Of a stretch of DNA of 32,000 nt, positions 26,985 through 32,000 are shown one piece after another. Location: positions 90,001-122,000 of the forward strand of contig NC_009664.2 of assembly GCF_000017305.1 (NCBI RefSeq). The letters run 5' to 3'. Positions within the stretch are counted from its first letter, which is position 1. The number at the start of each line of letters is the position of its first letter. The notes beneath the pieces are model-generated. The model saw only the letters and a program-made list of their open reading frames with translations. It searched no databases and was not told where the DNA came from. The position numbers and the translations under genes were made by a program. This DNA is from Kineococcus radiotolerans SRS30216 = ATCC BAA-149. GTDB lineage: Bacteria > Actinomycetota > Actinomycetes > Actinomycetales > Kineococcaceae.

Positions 26985-27115
26985 ACCCCGCCGAGGGGCA
27001 GTTCCCGAAGCACTCCGGTCGCCCCGCAGTGCTGGAGGTGCGTCGACACGCTGGTGGGTGACCACCCGGCGCACCGCCTGAGCCGGCGGCTCAGGTGAAC
27101 GAGACCTTCGGCACC
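26985..27115 (+). promoter_or_regulatory. yybP-ykoY-like Mn2+ riboswitch in the mntP leader
   Basis: 5' CCGAGGGGCAGUU ... UCGACACG ... GAACGAGACCUUCGG 3'. The outer helix CCGAGGG/CCUUCGG closes the element. The blocks GGGGCAGU, UCGACAC and GAGACC correspond to the conserved GGGGAGUAG, UUGACAUA and AGCAAGACC blocks of yybP-ykoY. Internal hairpins: GCACUCC...GGAGGUGC and CCUGAGCC-GGC-GGCUCAGG. It lies about 100 nt upstream of mntP, the classic regulated gene. Confidence 0.6.
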
Positions 27116-27217
27116 GCGCTCGCGTCGCCGCACCCGTGCAACTGCGCGGCGTCCCGGGCGGGAGCGACCCCTCCGGTTCTCCGGCGCCCGCCTCGACGGA
27201 AGGTCCCTGTCGCGCTC

Positions 27218-27781
27218 ATGTCTGTCGTGATCTTGCTCGTCATCGCCGTCGGTGTGTCCGCCGACGCCTTCGCCGTCGCGGTCGCCAAGGGCCTGCACGT
27301 GCGCCGGCTCACCCTCCGCGACACCGGTGGCTTGGCGTTGAGCTTCGGCGCCTTCCAGGCGCTGATGCCGCTGCTCGGCTGGCTGCTGGGCCGCAGCTTC
27401 GCCGACCGCATCACCGAGATCGACCACTGGATCGCCTTCGGCCTGCTGCTCCTCATCGGCGCGAAGATGATCCGGGAAGCCGTCTCCCCGAGCGACGAGG
27501 AGGAGGACTCCGACGGCATCGGCGTGAGGGAACTGCTGGTGCTCTCGGTGGCCACCAGCATCGACGCCCTCGCCGTGGGCATCAGCTTCGCCTTCCTGGA
27601 CGTCTCGATCATCCCCGCGGTCGCCCTCATCGGGGTGATCACCGCGGTGGTCACCGCCATCGGCGTGGTCATCGGCCGTCGAGCGGGCGGGCGCTTCGGA
27701 CGTCCCGCGGAGATCGCCGGCGGGGTCGTCCTCATCCTCATCGGCACCCGCATCCTGCTCGAGCACCTCGGCGTGTTCTGA
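27218..27781 (+). CDS. mntP: Manganese efflux pump MntP
   Basis: ATG 27218 within track ORF 27095..27781. Motifs: VGVSADAFAVAVAKG...FGAFQALMPLLGW and the repeated half SVATSIDALAVGISFAF. About 187 aa. Confidence 0.9.
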   Translation: MSVVILLVIAVGVSADAFAVAVAKGLHVRRLTLRDTGGLALSFGAFQALMPLLGWLLGRSFADRITEIDHWIAFGLLLLIGAKMIREAVSPSDEEEDSDGIGVRELLVLSVATSIDALAVGISFAFLDVSIIPAVALIGVITAVVTAIGVVIGRRAGGRFGRPAEIAGGVVLILIGTRILLEHLGVF

Positions 27782-27911
27782 GTCCGTCCCCGACCCCGTC
27801 GTGTCGTCCCACGTCCGGTGCCCGCACTGATGACCAGCGCGGGACGGGCCGTTCCGGCGTGACGGCGGTCCTCCCGCGGCAGGTCACCGGATCAGCCTGC
27901 AGACTCACGGG

Positions 27912-29011
27912 GTGAGCACCGCCGAGCACCCGACCTCCACCGGTACCGCCAGCGACAGCGTCGCGGTCGATCCGATCCCGACCTCGCGCATCGGGACAGC
28001 CCTCTTCCACCTCGGCCGCGCACGCCGCGACGTCGTCGCCGCCGTCCTGGAACGACGGGGGTGGAGCTACGCCGTCCTGCCCTACCCCGGGTACGGCGTC
28101 GACGGGCGGGCGAGGGTCCTGGCTCGCGTCGTCCTCGCCGCGCCGGGTCGTGAGCCGAGCTCGGTGCGGGGCGTCGCCGCCTGGCGGCGCCTGGTGACCC
28201 TGCAACGCTCCCGGGTGGACATCGAGGTGGCCGTGCCCGGGTCCGGCGCAGGTGCGGGCACGGTGCACCGGGTCCGCAGCGGCCCCGGTGGGTTGGTCGA
28301 CGTCGTCCTGCCCTGCACCGTCGAGCCGGGGACGCACGCCGTGACCTTCCGGGTGGGCGAACGTCCCCCGGTGCAGGCGCCGGTCCACGTCGCGGACCCG
28401 CACGCGCGCACGGGCATCGTCTGCGACATCGACGACACCGCCCTGGTGACCGGTCTGCGCCGGCCGCTGAGCGCCGCGTGGCGGACCCTGACCCGCGCGT
28501 TCGCGCAGCGGGCTCCCGTGGAGGGCATGGCGGACCTGCTCACCGCGTTCCACGAGGAGCACGGCGGCGACGACGGCCCGGTCGTCTACCTCAGCACCGG
28601 CCCGTGGAACTTCAACGAGCCGCTGACCCGCTTCCTGCAGCGCAACGGTTTCCCCGCCGGCCCCCTGCTGCAGACCGACTGGGGTCCCTCGAGCGAGGGC
28701 TTCTTCCGCGAGGGACGCGCCCACAAGCGGCGCAGCCTGCAGCGGCTGCGCGCAGACTTCCCCGAGGTGCGCTGGCTGCTGGTCGGCGACGACGGGAGAA
28801 CGACCCGGCCATCTACGAGGAGTTCGCCCGCGAGCACCCGCAGCACGTGCTGGCCATCGCGCTGCGGCAGGTCGGCGCCGACGTCGGCCCCGACACCACG
28901 GGCGGCGCCACCCGGACCAGGATCCGCGGAGGGACGGTTCCCGTGGTCCGCGGAACGGACGGGCACGTCCTGTTGCAGCGTCTACGCGCTGCCACCGGCG
29001 CGACCGGCTGA
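27912..29011 (+). pseudogene. App1-family / DUF2183 (phosphatidate-phosphatase-like) gene interrupted by a 1-nt frameshift
   Basis: Frame A (27912 onward) carries GIVCDIDDTALVT (the DxDxT motif), YLSTGPWNFNEPLTRFLQRNGFPAGPLLQTDWG and RWLLVGDDG. The expected continuation ENDPAIYEEFAREHPQHVLAIALRQV... lies in another frame (track ORF 28478..29011). The switch is at GACGACGGGAGAACGAC (about 28794-28797), consistent with the loss of one G from GGGGAG. Confidence 0.8.
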
Positions 29012-29155
29012 ACGTTCCCCTGGTGTCCCCTCGCCCCGCACAGGTCACCGCGGTCACCGGGAGGGTGGACATCTGCTGCAGGATCTCGGCGTTGCACGGA
29101 CGGGCCGGTTTCTCCACCGAGACCACCCAGCGACCTGCAGCGGGGATGGATCTCG

Positions 29156-29836
29156 GTGACCCGCCCCTGGCAGCGTCACCGCATCGGCCTGCCCACCGTC
29201 ACCGCCTGCACCCTGGGTTGGTTCATCCTCGACGTCGGGGCGTTGCTGCGCGGCTCGGACCGGTCGGTGTGGCCGGCCAGCACCGGGATGGTCCACGCCG
29301 CGGAGCGGATGGAACGCACCATGCGGGAGCAGACGCGACGCACCACCGCCCACCTGGGGCTGCGGATCAGCGAGGTGCTGCTGGAACTCATCGACGTCCT
29401 GAAGGGTGAGGAACCGGAACTCGACCCGCACTTCGCCTCCGCGGAACGCTCGGTGGCCGTGTTCCTGAAGTCCCTGCCGTCGCACCTGTCCGAGGCGTAG
29501 ACGGTGGACGCGATGGCCAAGCACTGCGGGCTGGGCCGCACCCGCTTCATCTACCACTGCCGGCAGGCGGTGAACGCCACCCCCGTGGACTACCTGACCG
29601 GGCTGCGCGTGGACCGGGCCCTGGACCTGCTGACGGGCACCGACCTGACGATCTCCGAGATCGCCCTCTCCTGCGGCTTCTCCTCCAGCCAGTACTTCGC
29701 CACCGTCTTCCGCCAGCACTGCAACCGCAGCCCCCGCGACGCCCGCTGCGCCCGGGACCTCGCACCCGCGACGACCACCGTGCAACCACCGGGGTCCACG
29801 GCCGGGAGCGCGGGTGGGGCCGGCGGGTTAGCGTGA
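29156..29836 (+). pseudogene. AraC-family transcriptional regulator interrupted by an in-frame TAG; the 5' end is probably also disrupted
   Basis: Track ORFs 29156..29500 and 29504..29836 are in the same frame, separated only by TAG at 29498-29500. The junction reads ...LPSHLSEA*TVDAMAKHCGLGRTRF..., and AraC proteins usually have W at this position (TGG>TAG). The C-terminal double HTH is intact: TPVDYLTGLRVDRALDLL...ISEIALSCGFSSSQYFATVFRQ. N-terminal cupin-like fragments upstream (about 29023-29155) sit in other frames. Confidence 0.75.
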
Positions 29837-29840
29837 CGAT

Positions 29841-31061
29841 GTGGCTCGCGACGTGGACATCGTGCTGTTCGGCGCCTCCGGCTTCGTCGGGCGGCTGACC
29901 GCGGCGCACCTCGCCGCGCACGCCCCCTCGGGGACGCGGATCGCCCTGGCCGGCCGCTCGCGGGAGCGGCTGGCGGCCGCGGCCCGCGACCTGGGGCCCG
30001 TCGCCGCGGACTGGCCGCTCGTGGTGGCCGACGCCTCCGACGAGGAGTCGCTGCGCACGCTCGCGGAGTCGACGCGCGTCATGGTCTCCACCGTCGGCCC
30101 CTACCTGCGCCACGGCCTGCCGCTGGTGCAGGCGTGCGCCCGCGCCGGCACCCACTACGCCGACCTGACGGGCGAGGTCCTGTTCGTGCGCGCCAGCATC
30201 GACACCGCCGACGAGGCGGCCCGCGCGAGCGGGGCGCGGATCGTGCACTCCTGCGGTTTCGACTCGGTGCCCTCCGACCTGGCCGTGCTGCTCGCGCACG
30301 AGTGGGCGCAGGCGCAGGACGCCGGCCCGCTCACGAGCGCCACGCTCGAGGTCCTCTCGGCGCGCGGCGGGTTCAGCGGCGGCACGGTGGACTCCCTGCG
30401 CCTGCAGCTGGACACCGCGCGCCGCGACCGGCAGGCGCGGCGGCTGGTGGGCGACCCGTACGCCCTGAGCCCCGACCGCGCGCGCGAACCGGACCTGGGC
30501 CGCCAGCCCGACGTGTTCCGCCCCCACCGGCGCGAGGCGACGAGCGAGTGGGTGGCGCCCTTCGTCATGGCCACCTACAACACCCGGGTGGTGCGGCGCA
30601 GCAACGCCCTGCTCGACCACGCGTACGGGCCGCGGCTGCGCTACGCGGAGGTCATGGCGTTCTCCGGGCGCACCGCGGCCCTGCGGGCGAGCGCCGTCAC
30701 GGGGGTGCTGGCCGGGCTCACGGGCCTGCTGGCCGTCCAGCCCCTGCGGCCGCTGCTCGACCGCCTGCTGCCTTCCCCCGGCACGGGCCCGGGCGAGCGC
30801 ACCCGCCGCACGGGCCACTTCCGGCTGCGCGTGGACGCGCGCACGGAATCCGGCCGCCGCGCCACCGTGACCGTCGCCGCCCAGGGCGACCCCGGTTACG
30901 CCGCGACGGCGGTGATGCTCGGGCAGAGCGCTCTGGCGCTCGCCCTCGACGGCGATCGCCTGCCCGCCCGCGCGGGGGTCCTGACCCCCGCCACGGGCAT
31001 CGGGATGCCGCTGGTGAACCGCCTGCGCCACGAGGGGTTCACGCTCGACGTCGCCACCTGA
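29841..31061 (+). CDS. Saccharopine-dehydrogenase-family NAD(P)-binding protein (enoyl-reductase-like)
   Basis: 406 aa, GTG start. Motifs: DIVLFGASGFVGRLTAAHLA...VSTVGPYLRHGLPLVQACARAGTHYADLTGE...HSCGFDSVPSDL. Confidence 0.85.
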   Translation: MARDVDIVLFGASGFVGRLTAAHLAAHAPSGTRIALAGRSRERLAAAARDLGPVAADWPLVVADASDEESLRTLAESTRVMVSTVGPYLRHGLPLVQACARAGTHYADLTGEVLFVRASIDTADEAARASGARIVHSCGFDSVPSDLAVLLAHEWAQAQDAGPLTSATLEVLSARGGFSGGTVDSLRLQLDTARRDRQARRLVGDPYALSPDRAREPDLGRQPDVFRPHRREATSEWVAPFVMATYNTRVVRRSNALLDHAYGPRLRYAEVMAFSGRTAALRASAVTGVLAGLTGLLAVQPLRPLLDRLLPSPGTGPGERTRRTGHFRLRVDARTESGRRATVTVAAQGDPGYAATAVMLGQSALALALDGDRLPARAGVLTPATGIGMPLVNRLRHEGFTLDVAT

Positions 31062-31496
31062 CGACCCGGCACGCGGTGGAGGGGTGCCGCCGGCCTCAGA
31101 GTCGTCGGGGCGGGGAACGAGCCGCGCCCGGAGGACCGCGACAGCAGGACGCGGGGACCGACCGGGTAGCACCGGCCCCACCCGCCGGAACGGACGCCGA
31201 CGGCAGCCGGCACCGGCGCCGACCAGCTCGGACGGCCCGTGGTGACGGACCGGACGGGGAGAGCTGAGACCGGCAGCAGCCGATCCGTCACGGCGACGGG
31301 CGGGTCAGCGAGGCCGGGACGGCTGGGCCCGGACAGTCGGGCTGGCCAGCTGAGCCGGGCACACGACGGCGTCGCCGGCACCTCGGGGCAGCCGTTCAGG
31401 GACCGGGTCAGCAAAGGACTCAAGCGGCCACGCGCCGGTGCCGAGAACGTCCGGACCGGCCTCGCCCCGAGACCGGGAACCCGGAGAGGACCAGCT

Positions 31497-32000
31497 GTGC
31501 GCACCCCCACCGCCACGACGCCGGGAAGCGCCGCGCAGCGCCACGACGTCCACGTCCTGGGCCACCCCCAGGGACCCGTGCTGCTCCTCCTGCACGGCTT
31601 CGGCACCGACCAGTCGTCCTGGAACCGGGTCCTGCCCGCCCTCACCCCCCACCACCGCGTCGTGCTGCTGGACCAGGCCGGTGCCGGCGGTTTCGACGCC
31701 ACCGCCTACGACCGCACCCGCTACTCCACCCTCGACGGCTACGCCGCCGACCTCGTCGAGGTGTGCGAAGAGCTCGACCTGCACGACGTCACCCTCGTCG
31801 GGCACAGCGTCAGCGCCATGATCGCCGCCCGCGTCGCGCTGGCCGCACCCGACCGCATCCGCCAGGTCGTCATGCTCGTCCCCTCCGCCCGCTACACCGA
31901 CGACCCCGCCAGCGGCTACGACGGCGGTTTCAGCACCGAGGACATCGACGAACTGCTCGACACCCTCGACAGCAACTACCTCTCCTGGACCGCCACCGTC
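31497..32000 (+). CDS. RsbQ / KAI2-D14-like alpha/beta hydrolase, N-terminal 168 codons (runs off the right edge)
   Basis: My translation from GTG 31497, with GGAGAGGA 7 nt upstream: VRTPTATTPGSAAQRHDVHVLGHPQGPVLLLLHGFGTDQSSWNRVLPALTPHHRVVLLDQAGAGG...YSTLDGYAADLVEVCEELDLHDVTLVGHSVSAMIAARVAL...GYDGGFSTEDIDELLDTLDSNYLSWTATV. HGFGTDQS.W, GHSVSAMI and Y.GGF....I.......NY..W are the hallmarks of the RsbQ/KAI2 clade. Absent from the ORF track because it is open-ended. Confidence 0.85.
   Translation, partial: MRTPTATTPGSAAQRHDVHVLGHPQGPVLLLLHGFGTDQSSWNRVLPALTPHHRVVLLDQAGAGGFDATAYDRTRYSTLDGYAADLVEVCEELDLHDVTLVGHSVSAMIAARVALAAPDRIRQVVMLVPSARYTDDPASGYDGGFSTEDIDELLDTLDSNYLSWTATV

Noticed and set aside
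31255-31310. TPP-riboswitch-like GGGGAGAGCTGAGACC...GATCCG...GGCGACGGG upstream of the RsbQ-like gene.
   Set aside because: It lacks the ACCC and AACCUGAUC core blocks, and the downstream gene has no link to thiamine. This is judged a chance resemblance in G-rich sequence.

Overview
This is a very GC-rich window in which codon position 3 is almost always G or C. That composition, frequent GTG starts and lipobox lipoproteins point to a high-GC Actinomycetota chromosome. All protein family calls below come from reading motifs in the translations. No database search was run.

**Gene content, left to right**
- A minus-strand sugar-acid cluster (enolase-type D-mannonate dehydratase ManD, a mannitol-dehydrogenase-family reductase, and an MFS transporter truncated at the left edge), with a divergent GntR/FCD regulator.
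- A Cys-rich lipoprotein.
- A five-gene nucleoside uptake and salvage operon: BMP-family binding lipoprotein, double-ATPase, two permeases and a nucleoside hydrolase.
- A roughly 1 kb decayed stretch that ends in an aldo/keto-reductase remnant.
- An alpha/beta hydrolase paired with a MarR regulator, then a GNAT acetyltransferase.
- A TetR regulator paired with an SDR, then vapBC.
- A small membrane protein and a frameshifted lipoprotein.
- An OmpR-type response regulator, histidine kinase and GerMN lipoprotein operon (MtrAB-LpqB-like layout).
- A divergent plus-strand run: STAS protein, C2H2-zinc-finger membrane protein, NhaA, flotillin, and a membrane PP2C phosphatase.
- A yybP-ykoY-like Mn riboswitch followed by mntP.
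- A frameshifted App1/DUF2183 gene and an AraC gene with an in-frame TAG.
- A saccharopine-dehydrogenase-family gene.
- The start of an RsbQ/KAI2-like hydrolase at the right edge.

**Not found:** rRNA, tRNA, CRISPR arrays, transposases or integrases.

**Artefacts:** many long ORFs in the track are antisense or off-frame products of the GC content, including the 790, 918, 714, 621 and 556 aa ORFs.

**Most notable observations**
- A membrane protein carries an exact classical C2H2 zinc-finger spacing. It sits in a STAS ... PP2C neighbourhood that has no kinase or sigma factor in view.
- Blocks from the 5' half of the Mn riboswitch recur in the same order just upstream of it.
- Four decayed genes occur within 32 kb.

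I do not see a clearly novel multi-gene system such as a defence island, and the novelty claims are hypotheses only.
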